DNA from: Lachnospiraceae bacterium
GTDB lineage: Bacteria > Bacillota > Clostridia > Lachnospirales > Lachnospiraceae
NCBI GenBank assembly: GCA_017511045.1
Contig: JAFWLM010000015.1
Location: 77,707 to 141,706, forward strand
DNA length: 64,000 nucleotides
Reading direction: 5' to 3'
Part shown: positions 1 to 9,600 of the stretch, piece by piece
Position numbering within the stretch: the first letter of the stretch is position 1
Layout of the letters: each line of letters begins with the position of its first letter
The notes under the pieces: generated by a model
Told to the model about the DNA's origin: nothing
The model's database searches: none
What the model saw: the letters and a program-made list of their open reading frames with translations, nothing else
Position numbers and translations under genes: made by a program

Positions 1-258
1 CCAGATGGAAAGTCCTGCCTGAATCTCAGGAATTTCACTCAGGCTGACGATTCCTTTTTCCTCCGCTCTTCCCCTTAAATACTCGTCCTGGACTTCGATT
101 GTTTCTGTGTCCATGCTTTTCGGAAGACGGATATTCATAAATGAACGAAGAAGATTTTTCTTTTCTTCTTCGCCATCCGGTATTTCTATATCCTTATATT
201 GTCCGGAATCCTCCCGGAACTTTTTCACTAAAAATTCAAGTCGGTCGTTCTGGTTCAT
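1..258 (-). CDS. protein-ADP-ribose hydrolase (macro-domain family), N-terminal part; gene runs off the window edge
   Basis: Own translation from ATG at 258 on the minus strand: MNQNDRLEFLVKKFREDSGQYKDIEIPDGEEEKKNLLRSFMNIRLPKSMDTETIEVQDEYLRGRAEEKGIVSLSEIPEIQAGLSIW, open to position 1. It resembles the helical N-terminal extension that precedes the macro domain in Firmicute ADP-ribose hydrolases. It is absent from the ORF track because there is no stop codon in the window. Confidence 0.45.
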   Translation of the reverse strand, partial: MNQNDRLEFLVKKFREDSGQYKDIEIPDGEEEKKNLLRSFMNIRLPKSMDTETIEVQDEYLRGRAEEKGIVSLSEIPEIQAGLSIW

Positions 259-342
259 ATTTATTTCCTTCTGTTCTGTAATGCTGCAATCACTTATTGC
301 CTTTCGCTTATCTGTCGCATCATCAAGTATAGCATGAATAAA

Positions 343-1101
343 TCACGGCCGGGCGAAGAACGCCGGTGTTCGTTTTCCGAAGACCGGATCAACAGAAATG
401 GCAGGCTGATCGGCAGCGGCGTTTTGATCCTTCTTATAAGTGCCGGAACTGTTGAGCATCAAAGATGTATCCTCTGTCAGGATCCCGACATGGCTGATCT
501 CGGAATTGCTTTTGTATTTTCGGTCGCCTTCTGTAAAATGTCCCGGAAAGCGGAAAAAGACCAGGTCTCCGGGCTTAGCAGAAGCAGCATCCGTAAAGCA
601 TGCTCCCTGATCCAGAAAATACTGTGCGATCTTTGCGGACCAGCGGGTAACGCCGCTTCCATGGATCTTTTCAACCAGTGTCTTAAGGTCAATACCAAGT
701 TCTTCCGCCTTTTTTAAATCCAGGCCTTTCGGCCCTGCAAGCTCCGGATGACCGATGCGCTCAGCAATCGGAATATACCGCTCCGGCAGTATTGAAAAAT
801 CAACGAGTTCCGGATCTGCAATAAAAGAAGGTTCAGCATGCAGCCCTTTCACATCGCCCGTCACATAAGGACTTTTTTCGTACGGGATCCCCGAAAGAAC
901 AAGCAGCACATAGGTTGAGCAGTCAATGTTACCACGGCCGCCATACTCCTGATCATACAGATCATATCCGGCAAGAAAAGTTTTGCTCCCAAAGGAATAG
1001 ATGAGCTCATCTGCATGTTCCAAATAGGTCCCTGCAACCGCAAGCACCTCTTTGACAGTTTCTTTCTGAAATAAGTTGTTTGGATTTTTCGGTATCGTCA
1101 T
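343..1101 (-). CDS. NlpC/P60 (C40) family peptidase-like protein
   Basis: ORF 343..1164. The start was moved to MTIPKNP (ATG 1101) to remove the overlap with the upstream gene. A Cys motif (NIDCSTYVLL) and a later SHVGIL His motif match the NlpC/P60 catalytic layout. Confidence 0.5.
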   Translation of the reverse strand: MTIPKNPNNLFQKETVKEVLAVAGTYLEHADELIYSFGSKTFLAGYDLYDQEYGGRGNIDCSTYVLLVLSGIPYEKSPYVTGDVKGLHAEPSFIADPELVDFSILPERYIPIAERIGHPELAGPKGLDLKKAEELGIDLKTLVEKIHGSGVTRWSAKIAQYFLDQGACFTDAASAKPGDLVFFRFPGHFTEGDRKYKSNSEISHVGILTEDTSLMLNSSGTYKKDQNAAADQPAISVDPVFGKRTPAFFARP

Positions 1102-1108
1102 CAATGAT

Positions 1109-1987
1109 TTATTCTGCCTTCCAAAGAAGCATGTTCCGGTCAATGATATCTTTGATCCGTCCATTATCTGAAAGCCAGGTCAGATAGGATCTTACCGTGC
1201 TTCCGACTAATGCGTACTGTTCGAATGACATTTCCAAACCATATGTGTCAAACAGTTTCTTCAGGAGCTGCTCAAAGCAGACCGGTTCCCTGCAGATTTC
1301 CAGGAGCTTGTCACTGATCTCATACACTTTCTCAATATTCAGCCGGGCAATCGGCGCGATTTCCTCCGTCACATCATCATGAGAAGGAACGAAGTACTTT
1401 GCCTCTAAAGTCTGAACCAACTGAAGGGTCCCAAGATATTTTCCAACATCAACCAGGAATCCAATCGGGTGTTTTTCCAGTGCTTCCGGGCCAGAAAGAC
1501 AATCTGCAAGAAAGACGGTTCCGTCCGGAATACGGTAGCCGGCCATGTCAAAGGAATGTCCAGGAAGCGGGATGATCTCCCATCCTTCAGGAAGCACCTC
1601 TTCCGAAAGCGGCTGTGCCGGACACTCCTGTGCCATTAAAAACTTATGGCGCAATGCCTTCGGTGGGTTGGCGCCATAAAGAAACATCGGCTCTAATATG
1701 GTATGACTTGCAATAGCACTCTCGATCGCCGGCGCATAAATACTGCAGCCGGTCTGCCCAGCCAGATATTTATTTCCTCCGATATGATCTGCATGAGAGT
1801 GGGTATTATAGATCGCTTTCAGTTTCCAACCTCGCTCTTCTAAGATCCTGCGGACTTTTTTACCCGCATCTTTATCATTTCCACTGTCGATCAGACAGAC
1901 TTCTTCGTCACCGGTCTTTATGACTCCGATCTTCGCAGGGCACTGAACATAATAGCTTTGCTCCGAGAGCTGGATCAATTCGTACAT
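1109..1987 (-). CDS. MBL-fold metallo-hydrolase
   Basis: 292 aa with the HSHADHIGG metal-binding motif typical of the beta-lactamase fold. Confidence 0.8.
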   Translation of the reverse strand: MYELIQLSEQSYYVQCPAKIGVIKTGDEEVCLIDSGNDKDAGKKVRRILEERGWKLKAIYNTHSHADHIGGNKYLAGQTGCSIYAPAIESAIASHTILEPMFLYGANPPKALRHKFLMAQECPAQPLSEEVLPEGWEIIPLPGHSFDMAGYRIPDGTVFLADCLSGPEALEKHPIGFLVDVGKYLGTLQLVQTLEAKYFVPSHDDVTEEIAPIARLNIEKVYEISDKLLEICREPVCFEQLLKKLFDTYGLEMSFEQYALVGSTVRSYLTWLSDNGRIKDIIDRNMLLWKAE

Positions 1988-2041
1988 ATCTCTTACCTTA
2001 AAAATATGCGCGGCTCTTTTGAACCGCGCATGTCATCTTAC

Positions 2042-3205
2042 TTAGTTTAATTCCAACAGAAATTCCTGGATCCTGCCAAGCGCTTCTTTCAGTTCCGACA
2101 TCGAATATGCATAACTGATTCTTAAGAAGCCTTCGCCGCAGTCACCGAATGCCGTGCCAGGTACGACCGCAAGTTTCTTACTCTCTAAGAGACGCGTTGC
2201 AAATTCATCACTGGTCATGTTCAGATGCTGAATGCTCGGGAACACATAGAATGCTCCATACGGTTCAAAGCATGGAAGGCCCATATCACGCAGCGTCTTG
2301 ACGAGATAGCGGCGACGCTGGTTATAGGACTCACGCATCTTTGCAACATCGGCATCTCCGTTCCGAAGTGCTTCCACAGCTGCATACTGCGAAGTTGTCG
2401 GAGCACACATGATCGCATACTGATGCAATTTTGTCATCTGCTGGATGATCTCTTCCGGACCGACTGCATATCCAAGTCTCCATCCGGTCATTGCATATGC
2501 TTTGGAAAAGCCGTTGATCACAACTGTCCGTTCCTGCATACCCGGAAGTTCAGCGATTGTTACGTGCGGATTTCCGGTATAAGTCAGTTCTCCGTAGATC
2601 TCATCCGAGATCACGATAATATCTCTTTCCACACAGATTTTTGCGATCTTTTCCAGATCCTCTCTTTCCATGACCGCACCGGTCGGGTTGTTCGGGAACG
2701 CAAGGATCAGGACCTTTGTTTTTTCTGTAATTGCATCCAGGAGTTCTTCCGGTGTCAGGCGGAATTCATTTTTCTCCTGAAGCGGGATCGTGACCGGAAC
2801 AGCTCCGGTCAGTTTTGCACACGGCACGTAGCTGACATAACAAGGCTCCGGAATGATGACTTCATCTCCCGGATCTGCCATTGCACGAAGCGCCATATCG
2901 ATTGCTTCGCTGCCGCCGACAGTGATCAGAACTTCCGTTTTTCCATTGTAATCCAGTCCATGTTTTCTTTTGTAATAGTTAGCGATCTCCTGCCTTAATT
3001 CCAGAAGTCCGGAATTAGAGGTATAGAACGTACGTCCCTTTTCAAGGGAATAAATACCTGCTTCGCGGATATGCCACGGTGTATCAAAATCAGGTTCACC
3101 GACACCAAGAGAGATTGCTTCCGGCATCTCAGCTACAATGTCGAAGAACTTTCGGATTCCTGACGGATGCAGGTCTCTTGTAACTTTTGATATCGGATCT
3201 CTCAT
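2042..3205 (-). CDS. PLP-dependent aminotransferase, class I/II
   Basis: 387 aa with the SKAYAMTGWRLGY lysine motif, NPTG and the general AspC-like layout. It overlaps the upstream Lrp gene by 4 nt, which suggests an operon. Confidence 0.85.
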   Translation of the reverse strand: MRDPISKVTRDLHPSGIRKFFDIVAEMPEAISLGVGEPDFDTPWHIREAGIYSLEKGRTFYTSNSGLLELRQEIANYYKRKHGLDYNGKTEVLITVGGSEAIDMALRAMADPGDEVIIPEPCYVSYVPCAKLTGAVPVTIPLQEKNEFRLTPEELLDAITEKTKVLILAFPNNPTGAVMEREDLEKIAKICVERDIIVISDEIYGELTYTGNPHVTIAELPGMQERTVVINGFSKAYAMTGWRLGYAVGPEEIIQQMTKLHQYAIMCAPTTSQYAAVEALRNGDADVAKMRESYNQRRRYLVKTLRDMGLPCFEPYGAFYVFPSIQHLNMTSDEFATRLLESKKLAVVPGTAFGDCGEGFLRISYAYSMSELKEALGRIQEFLLELN

Positions 3206-3684
3206 AAAGTAATTCTCTCCCTTTCATCTATTTTTTTAGCACCGAGAACGGTTCCGTAATCTTTATAACGTTTCATGATAAAGTGAGTTGCGGTTCCGGT
3301 AACGTATTCGATCGGGCTCAGCTTGCTTGATACAAAGTTTGCGATCTCACGCATGGTCTTTCCTTCCAGCATAACAAGGAAATCGTAAGCGCCGGAGATC
3401 AGATAGCAGCTTTTCACTTCATCAAATTTATAGATGCGTTCTGCAATCGTATCGAATCCGACTTCTCTTTGTGTATTGACATTGATCTCGATCAGGGCAT
3501 CTACTTTTTCTTCATCTGTATTGTCCCAGTTGATGAGAGTATAGTATCCACTGATGGTTCCGTCCTGCTCCAGCTCCTGGAGCATATTGGCGACAGCCGC
3601 TTCCTCCGCGCCCAGGCAGGTCGCCAGGTCCTTGAGGTCAATTCTTGAGTTGTTTTCGATCAGTCTCAATAATTCTTCTTTCAT
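3202..3684 (-). CDS. Lrp/AsnC family transcriptional regulator
   Basis: N-terminal HTH (LLRLIENNSRIDLKDLA) plus an AsnC-type ligand domain. Start set at MKEELL. Confidence 0.8.
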   Translation of the reverse strand: MKEELLRLIENNSRIDLKDLATCLGAEEAAVANMLQELEQDGTISGYYTLINWDNTDEEKVDALIEINVNTQREVGFDTIAERIYKFDEVKSCYLISGAYDFLVMLEGKTMREIANFVSSKLSPIEYVTGTATHFIMKRYKDYGTVLGAKKIDERERITL

Positions 3685-3734
3685 AGCGTTGTCTCCTTTT
3701 CTTTTATTCCGGATCCGCACCATGCGGATCGTTA

Positions 3735-4355
3735 TTAGTGTTCTCCTCTGCGGTCGGCAATATCTTTTGCCTGCCTGGAAGGCGGGGTCAGAAATCTCCG
3801 GCTTTCCCCTGATATGATCACACGGTCTTTCGAATCTGTGATCATTCCAATCTCCGACAGTCCTTCTTCTGCTTCCATTTCTTCCGGAAGTGCCACCAGC
3901 CAGCTTCCTTCAGAACTGACTTCATACGGGTTTTCTTTTAATAATTCCAGGATCTCGACGATATGCTGGTCGACCGGGATCGCTTCTAGATCGATCTCAC
4001 AGCCGATGTTCTGAGGAATATCCTGTTTAGAAGGAGCCTGCTCTTTTATTTCCTCCCGCAGCTCCGACAGGTCCTCACACATCGCCCAAAGCGCTGCAAA
4101 GATCCCCCCATCTCTTATTTCACGGATATAAACTGTTCCGTCAAAATAATAGTTCTTTCTACTATAAGGTTTCTTTGTATTTTTTTCAATACATAAATTA
4201 TCCAAAAAATCTGCAGGATCAGGCCGATCTTCTGACAGATTTTCAAATTCGCGCACAAAAAACTTCGGAAAACGCGTCTCAATATCCTCCCGGTTTTCCT
4301 GATACAGCTTCTTTGCTGTCTCATATGCTATTAATCCGGTAACGTAAATCTTCAT
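3735..4355 (-). CDS. hypothetical protein (weak resemblance to an AIR-synthase-related C-terminal domain)
   Basis: 206 aa ORF tightly packed between neighbouring genes, with its stop 11 nt before the next start. The function call is not secure. Confidence 0.4.
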   Translation of the reverse strand: MKIYVTGLIAYETAKKLYQENREDIETRFPKFFVREFENLSEDRPDPADFLDNLCIEKNTKKPYSRKNYYFDGTVYIREIRDGGIFAALWAMCEDLSELREEIKEQAPSKQDIPQNIGCEIDLEAIPVDQHIVEILELLKENPYEVSSEGSWLVALPEEMEAEEGLSEIGMITDSKDRVIISGESRRFLTPPSRQAKDIADRRGEH

Positions 4356-4988
4356 TTATTTTCCTGCAGATGGGCAATATGGTGCAAGGAAGCACTCTGC
4401 GCACTTCGGGCTCCGCGCCGTACAGATCGTCCTGCCATGTGCAATGATCTGAATGTTCCAAAGGATCCAGTGATCTTTCGGGAGCGTCTTTTCCAGATCG
4501 TATTCCACTTTTGTCGGATCTTCGTTTTTTGTCAGTCCGAGCTTTCTCGAAATCCTTCCGACATGCGTATCAACAACGATACTTGGGATATCATAGATAT
4601 TTCCACGAATCACATTCGCCGTCTTCCTTCCGACTCCCGGAAGCGACGTCAGCGCATCGATATCTGAAGGAACTTCACCGCCATATTCCTTTACCAGCTT
4701 ATCTGCGCAGGCGATAATATTCTTTGCTTTGTTATGATAAAACCCCGTAGAATGAATATCCTGTTCGAGTTCTTTCAGGTCGGCATTCGCAAAGTCTTCC
4801 AGACTCTGATATTTCCGGAACAGGTCTTTTGTCACGATATTGACTCTGGCATCTGTGCACTGCGCGCTCAAAATCGTCGCGATCAGAAGATGCCAGGCAT
4901 TATCATAATCCAGCCAGCATTTTTTTTGCACACTGTAATGTTCGTCCAAAAGATCTAAGATCTTCTGCACCCGTTCTGCTTTTTTCAT
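4356..4988 (-). CDS. nth: endonuclease III
   Basis: HhH-GPD motif LPGVGRKTANV and a C-terminal 4Fe-4S loop CTARSPKCAECFLAPYC. Confidence 0.9.
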   Translation of the reverse strand: MKKAERVQKILDLLDEHYSVQKKCWLDYDNAWHLLIATILSAQCTDARVNIVTKDLFRKYQSLEDFANADLKELEQDIHSTGFYHNKAKNIIACADKLVKEYGGEVPSDIDALTSLPGVGRKTANVIRGNIYDIPSIVVDTHVGRISRKLGLTKNEDPTKVEYDLEKTLPKDHWILWNIQIIAHGRTICTARSPKCAECFLAPYCPSAGK

Positions 4989-7900
4989 GCCCGTTCCTCC
5001 TCTTGGTTTTGAATCGTCTCTGCATCCAGGATCAGTCCGGAAAGACCGTCAAAGAACTCCAACAAAACTTCCTGCATCTGATCGATCGTCTTTGGCGGGT
5101 TTGGCGGGCGGAAGACAAAATACGGCTGGGAGTCTGCAACAAAGCGCAGGATCTGTTCGGAGGTTCCCCTCCTGCCACCGGCTCCAACATAGCCCGCCGT
5201 CCGGTTTTTCAGTACTTCCGTCTTCTTTCCGTCATTGTATTCCTTCAAAAATCCGAACATCTTATAGGTATCGATCGGTGCTGTTTTAAACATACTGATC
5301 TTATACTCACTGCGGCTTCCTGAGATCTCCGTAATATAGACCGCATGTGCTTTCGCCTTCAGCAGCGCAACCTTCAGCAGGTTTTCCGTCACCTCCGGGA
5401 TCTCCCCGAAGCGGTCTTCCAGCTCATTTCGGATATCCTCCAGATCTTCAGCGGTCGTGATTGCAGAGATCTTTTTATACATGTTCAGTTTTTCAAATTC
5501 ATTTGTGATGTAAGTTGCCGGTATGAATCCGTCGATCTTTAAGTCCACCGTCGTTTCAAAATCCGCCAGAACACGTTCCCCTTTCAGGAAGGAGACCGCC
5601 TCATTGAGCATCTTGCAGTACAGCTCATATCCGACTGCTTCCATATGTCCGCTCTGCTCTGCTCCGAGAACATTGCCTGCTCCGCGGATCTCAAGATCCC
5701 GCATTGCGATCTTGATGCCGCTTCCGAGGTCTGAGAACTCCCGGATCGCTTTGAGTCTCTTCTCAGCGACTTCCCGGATCAGCTTATCTTTCCGATACAT
5801 TAAGAACGCATAAGCAGTTCGGTTCGTTCTTCCGACACGTCCGCGCAGCTGATAGAGCTGGCTTAACCCAAAGCGGTCCGCATCATGAATGATGATCGTA
5901 TTGACATTGGAAATATCCATTCCGGTCTCAATAATTGTTGTCGAAACAAGTACATCAATATCGCCGGCAGTGAAATCCTCCATGATGCCTTCGAGCGTTT
6001 TCGCCGCCATCTTTCCATGCGCATACTGGACATTCAGATCCGGTACCATGTTCTGGATCTTTGCCGCAATCGTATCAATACTATTCGTTAAATTATACAC
6101 ATAATAAACCTGGCCGCCGCGTCTTGCCTCCCTGAGGATCGCTTCGCGGACCGCATCGTCCGAATACTCCATAACATAAGTCTGAATCGGTACGCGGTCG
6201 ACCGGCGGCTCTGTTAAAAGGCTCATATCGCGGATGCCGGAAAGAGACATATGGAGCGTCCTCGGAATCGGTGTCGCGCTCAGAGTCAGTACATCAACAT
6301 TCTTCCTAAGCTGCTTGATCTTTTCCTTATGAGAAACGCCGAAGCGCTGCTCCTCATCCACGATCAGAAGTCCTAAATCCTTAAATTCAATATCTTTACT
6401 CAGCAGACGGTGCGTGCCGACCACGATATCAACCATTCCCTTTTTGATTTCCGAAACAGTCTCCTTCTGCTGCTTTCCGGATGAAAAACGCGACAGCTGT
6501 GCAACTGTGATCGGATAGCCTCTCATGCGGTTTACGATCGTATTGTAATGCTGCTGAGTTAAAATCGTTGTCGGACAAAGAAACGCGACCTGCTTTCCTT
6601 CCTGAACTGCTTTAAAAGCTGCCCGCAGCGCGACCTCTGTTTTTCCGAACCCGACGTCTCCACAGATCAGCCGGTCCATGATCTTCGTTGATTCCATATC
6701 CGCTTTGACCGCGTCAACCGCACGAAGCTGGTCATCCGTTTCCTCAAACTCAAACTGCTCTTCAAACTCCTGCTGCCAGACAGTATCCGGCATATATTTA
6801 TAGCCCTGACTGTTCTGCCGCTCCGCATAAAGTGCGACCAGTTCCGCCGCAATGTCTTTCACGGACGCGCGGACACGCGACTTTGTATTGTTCCATTCTT
6901 TACTTCCGAGTTTATGGATCTTCGGCTTTGCACCATCACTGCCGGCATATTTCTGGATCTTATCAAACTGCGTTGCCAGAACATAAAGACTGGAGTTTCC
7001 GGCATAGTCGATCTTCATATAATCTTTTTCCGTACCATCGACCGTGATACGCTCAATACCGCGATAAACACCAACACCATGCTGTTCATGTACGACATAA
7101 TCTCCAATGTTAAGATCTGTAAAATCCTTGATCGGATCCCCGGAAAAGCGTTTCCGTTTTCTCTTCTTTGCTCTGCGGACGCCGAAAATATCCACTTCGG
7201 AAATAATGGCAAACTTCTGATCCGGATATGCAAAACCTGTACGGACGGCTCCGACCTGTACATTCGGTTCTACACCCTTTTCCTGAAGTTCCTTGATCAG
7301 GCGTTCTGCACGAAGATTACTTGCGGTAAATAAAGTGACGTTCCATCCGTCCCTCCGGTACTGTTTCAGATCGTTGGCAAGGTCCTCAAAGCGTCCGTTA
7401 TAGGACGGAATATTACGGGCATTTATATGGACCGTCGTCTTCGCAGGAAGCTCTTCATATCCGCTTCCGAGCATGGAGAACTGCAGACAGTTCCTCTTCT
7501 GAAACTCCGAAAGCAAACGTTCTTCAAAAACCGCCTCGGAAAAGATCTTTGCCGGCTCATCTAATACGAACAGTGTCTTCTCATCAAAATAAACGAAGAG
7601 ATCCACCTGGTCAGTAAGCCCGTCTGCAGCTTTCTCTCCTTCTTCGGAAGGCTGCTCGCTGACTGACGGAAAGATCGTAAATTCCTCTACACTCTCAATG
7701 GAGCGCTGGCTCTCCACATCGAAGAGCTTAATGGACTCCACCTCATCGCCCCAAAGGTCGATACGGTACGGCGCGCTCTCCGTATATGGGAAAACATCAA
7801 TGATATTTCCACGGATGGAGAATTCGCCATGGGAACCCACTTGGGATTCATTTTCATATCCGAAAGAGACCAGCTTTTCTGCAAGCTCTTCTCCGTTCAG

Positions 7901-8308
7901 TTCCTCTCCCTGACGGATCGTGATCAGCTCCTTCTGTATCTCATCAAAACTTTGAAACTGTTCTGCAAACGCTTCGAGAGTCGTGATGACTGTCAGACGC
8001 TCGCCTGCAAACAGACGCTTTACGACTTCCAGCCGCTGTTCAGAAAGATAACTGCCACGGATATCCGCCTTTTCGAAAAGCGGATCTTTCGCAGGATAGT
8101 AAACAGCGGCCTTATCAAAAGCCGTATAGTTATTCAGGATCTCGAGGGCCTTCTGCTCATCAAAAGTAACGATGACTTTGCTGCCAAAGCCATCGCCCAA
8201 GTTAAAAAGCAGGTGCTCCATCTGGCTCGGAACGCAGCCGTTCACCAGAACCGGCCCGTCCTTTGCTGCTGTTGTTATTTGATTTATGTAGCCTGTGATA
8301 TCGTTCAT
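4985..8308 (-). CDS. mfd: transcription-repair coupling factor
   Basis: 1107 aa with an SF2 helicase core (GDVGFGKTEVA, DEEQRFG), a CarD-like RNAP-interaction region and a TRCF C-terminal domain. It lies in the classic pth-mfd neighbourhood. Confidence 0.95.
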   Translation of the reverse strand: MNDITGYINQITTAAKDGPVLVNGCVPSQMEHLLFNLGDGFGSKVIVTFDEQKALEILNNYTAFDKAAVYYPAKDPLFEKADIRGSYLSEQRLEVVKRLFAGERLTVITTLEAFAEQFQSFDEIQKELITIRQGEELNGEELAEKLVSFGYENESQVGSHGEFSIRGNIIDVFPYTESAPYRIDLWGDEVESIKLFDVESQRSIESVEEFTIFPSVSEQPSEEGEKAADGLTDQVDLFVYFDEKTLFVLDEPAKIFSEAVFEERLLSEFQKRNCLQFSMLGSGYEELPAKTTVHINARNIPSYNGRFEDLANDLKQYRRDGWNVTLFTASNLRAERLIKELQEKGVEPNVQVGAVRTGFAYPDQKFAIISEVDIFGVRRAKKRKRKRFSGDPIKDFTDLNIGDYVVHEQHGVGVYRGIERITVDGTEKDYMKIDYAGNSSLYVLATQFDKIQKYAGSDGAKPKIHKLGSKEWNNTKSRVRASVKDIAAELVALYAERQNSQGYKYMPDTVWQQEFEEQFEFEETDDQLRAVDAVKADMESTKIMDRLICGDVGFGKTEVALRAAFKAVQEGKQVAFLCPTTILTQQHYNTIVNRMRGYPITVAQLSRFSSGKQQKETVSEIKKGMVDIVVGTHRLLSKDIEFKDLGLLIVDEEQRFGVSHKEKIKQLRKNVDVLTLSATPIPRTLHMSLSGIRDMSLLTEPPVDRVPIQTYVMEYSDDAVREAILREARRGGQVYYVYNLTNSIDTIAAKIQNMVPDLNVQYAHGKMAAKTLEGIMEDFTAGDIDVLVSTTIIETGMDISNVNTIIIHDADRFGLSQLYQLRGRVGRTNRTAYAFLMYRKDKLIREVAEKRLKAIREFSDLGSGIKIAMRDLEIRGAGNVLGAEQSGHMEAVGYELYCKMLNEAVSFLKGERVLADFETTVDLKIDGFIPATYITNEFEKLNMYKKISAITTAEDLEDIRNELEDRFGEIPEVTENLLKVALLKAKAHAVYITEISGSRSEYKISMFKTAPIDTYKMFGFLKEYNDGKKTEVLKNRTAGYVGAGGRRGTSEQILRFVADSQPYFVFRPPNPPKTIDQMQEVLLEFFDGLSGLILDAETIQNQEEERA

Positions 8309-8337
8309 TTTTAATGTCGGTTTATATTCCTCGAACG

Positions 8338-8898
8338 CTAATTGAACTGATTCATCGCATGCTCCATGCCATGCTCCACAATATCGACCGCCGCATCAGC
8401 TGCTTTTGCAAATGCATCCTCCATGATCTTTCGCGTTTCTTTGTCATAACGGCCAAGAACATAATCTACCATATCCATCTGTTCCGGCCGTTTCCCGATC
8501 CCAACACGGATCCTGAAAAACTCTTCCGTTCCCAGACAGGAAACGATACTCTTCATGCCGTTATGGCTTCCGGCGGAGCCTTTCTTCCGAAGACGCAGAC
8601 GTCCCTCCTCCAGGTCACTGTCATCATAGATCACAACGAGTTTCTCCTTCGGATCGATCTTATAGAAGCGGCAGACAGAACGCACCGCATTTCCGCTCAG
8701 ATTCATGAACGTCAGCGGCTTCACCAGCAGCGTCTTTTCTCCGCCGATCACAGTTTTTCCGACCATGGCATTAAACACGGTCTTTTTCATTTTGACATTC
8801 AGCTTCTCAGCCAGAATATCAATCGTATCAAAACCGGCATTATGCCGGGTTTTTGCATATTTCTCTGTAGGATTTCCAAGTCCTGCGATCACAAACAT
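8338..8898 (-). CDS. pth: peptidyl-tRNA hydrolase
   Basis: 186 aa: MFVIAGLGNPTEKYAKTRHNAGF ... GSAGSHNGMKS, the canonical Pth motifs. Confidence 0.95.
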   Translation of the reverse strand: MFVIAGLGNPTEKYAKTRHNAGFDTIDILAEKLNVKMKKTVFNAMVGKTVIGGEKTLLVKPLTFMNLSGNAVRSVCRFYKIDPKEKLVVIYDDSDLEEGRLRLRKKGSAGSHNGMKSIVSCLGTEEFFRIRVGIGKRPEQMDMVDYVLGRYDKETRKIMEDAFAKAADAAVDIVEHGMEHAMNQFN

Positions 8899-8977
8899 GT
8901 TTATATCCTTTCTTCAGGCCGTTTCCATGCAAGAGTGCCGGAAATCACACACGACCCCGGCTCTATCAAGTATCTCG

Positions 8978-9006
8978 ATTATAAAGGCTATCACAATTTG
9001 TTGCAA
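8978..9006 (-). promoter_or_regulatory. sigma-A type promoter for pth-mfd: TTGCAA-17 nt-TATAAT
   Basis: On the minus strand the -35 TTGCAA is at 9006-9001, the spacer is exactly 17 nt, and the -10 TATAAT is at 8983-8978, about 80 nt upstream of the pth ATG. Confidence 0.55.
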
Positions 9007-9073
9007 GAACGGAAAGGCAAAGTACTTCTTCTCACCACGAATCTATATATACGTTATTCGTATATATCAAGGT

Positions 9074-9110
9074 AAAGAAAAAGCAAGACAAAGGCTTTCG
9101 CCCGCTTGCT
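9074..9110 (-). terminator. intrinsic terminator closing the prs-pth intergenic transcript
   Basis: Minus strand GCAAGCGGGC-GAAA-GCCUUUGUCUUGC, an imperfect stem with a GAAA loop, followed by UUUUUCUUU. Confidence 0.45.
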
Positions 9111-9568
9111 TCTTCTTCAGGCCTGTATAGCTTTCGCTATATCAAGAACTTATTTGTTTTAAATCGTATCTTCTTCCAATCTGAATCATAAAAGACTGAT
9201 CAGGAATTCTATGACCGGATCTTCGGAAAATCAGATCTGAAATTCTAACTCCGACAAAGCAGGATGATCAAGACTGATCAGGAATCAAACATCCCGGATG
9301 TGAAATTACAATTTCGGGTGGAATTGCCTCCCCACTTAGGAATTGGCCCCGGCCACTCAGAACACCGGCTTCCGATCACGAAGCTGACGCCCCGGTATTC
9401 GAGACAAAAACCTTGCGGTTTCAGTAACTCCTGGCATTTCATGACTAATAGCAACCTTTTGTGCAAATACCCCGGGTGGACACGTTAAGTGAAAATATCC
9501 GGTCAGAATAAGCCTACTAAGCTGCCTGGCCATTCAATGCATCCAAAAGGATTTTAGTCAAACCCAAC
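9075..9568 (-). ncRNA. candidate structured non-coding RNA of unknown class (about 490 nt)
   Basis: Bounded by an extended -10 promoter (9583-9575) and the terminator at 9074-9110. It has no SD-preceded ORF. There are three hairpins whose loops read GNRA only on the minus strand (9408-9421 GCAA, 9126-9141 GAAA, 9093-9103 GAAA), plus an internal 15 nt direct repeat. Confidence 0.3.
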
Positions 9569-9574
9569 AGCGGT

Positions 9575-9597
9575 ATTATACCACTTAATGCAGACAA
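9575..9597 (-). promoter_or_regulatory. extended -10 promoter (TGgTATAAT) immediately after the prs stop
   Basis: Minus strand TTGTCT (9597-9592) then TGGTATAAT (9583-9575). The -35 spacing is short (11 nt), so the call rests on the TGnTATAAT extended -10. Confidence 0.4.
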
Positions 9598-9600
9598 TTT

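Noticed and set aside
107-717. Two plus-strand ORFs (76 and 127 aa) at the left edge
   Set aside because: They are antisense to the macro-domain fragment and to the NlpC/P60-like gene. They have no SD and low-complexity composition.
2225-2998. 257 aa plus-strand ORF
   Set aside because: It is antisense to the aminotransferase gene. This is a typical shadow ORF with Cys/His/Arg-rich composition.
8314-9075. 253 aa plus-strand ORF covering pth and part of the prs-pth spacer
   Set aside because: It is entirely antisense to the well-supported pth gene. It has low-complexity, His/Ile/Arg-rich composition, no SD and no recognisable domain.
9278-9466. 62-codon ORF inside the candidate ncRNA
   Set aside because: It has a non-ATG start in the track and no SD before the internal ATG. 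Its Cys/Gly/Trp-rich composition is unlike real small proteins. The region is better explained as structured RNA.
9075-9568. Possibility that the prs-pth spacer encodes tmRNA, RNase P RNA, SRP RNA or a T-box
   Set aside because: I could not find the invariant blocks: GAGGAAAGTCC for RNase P, the GGATTCGAC 5' region and tRNA-like CCA end for tmRNA, the SRP GGAA/AGCA domain IV pattern, or the T-box GGGTGGTACCGCG. A covariance-model scan is still needed.
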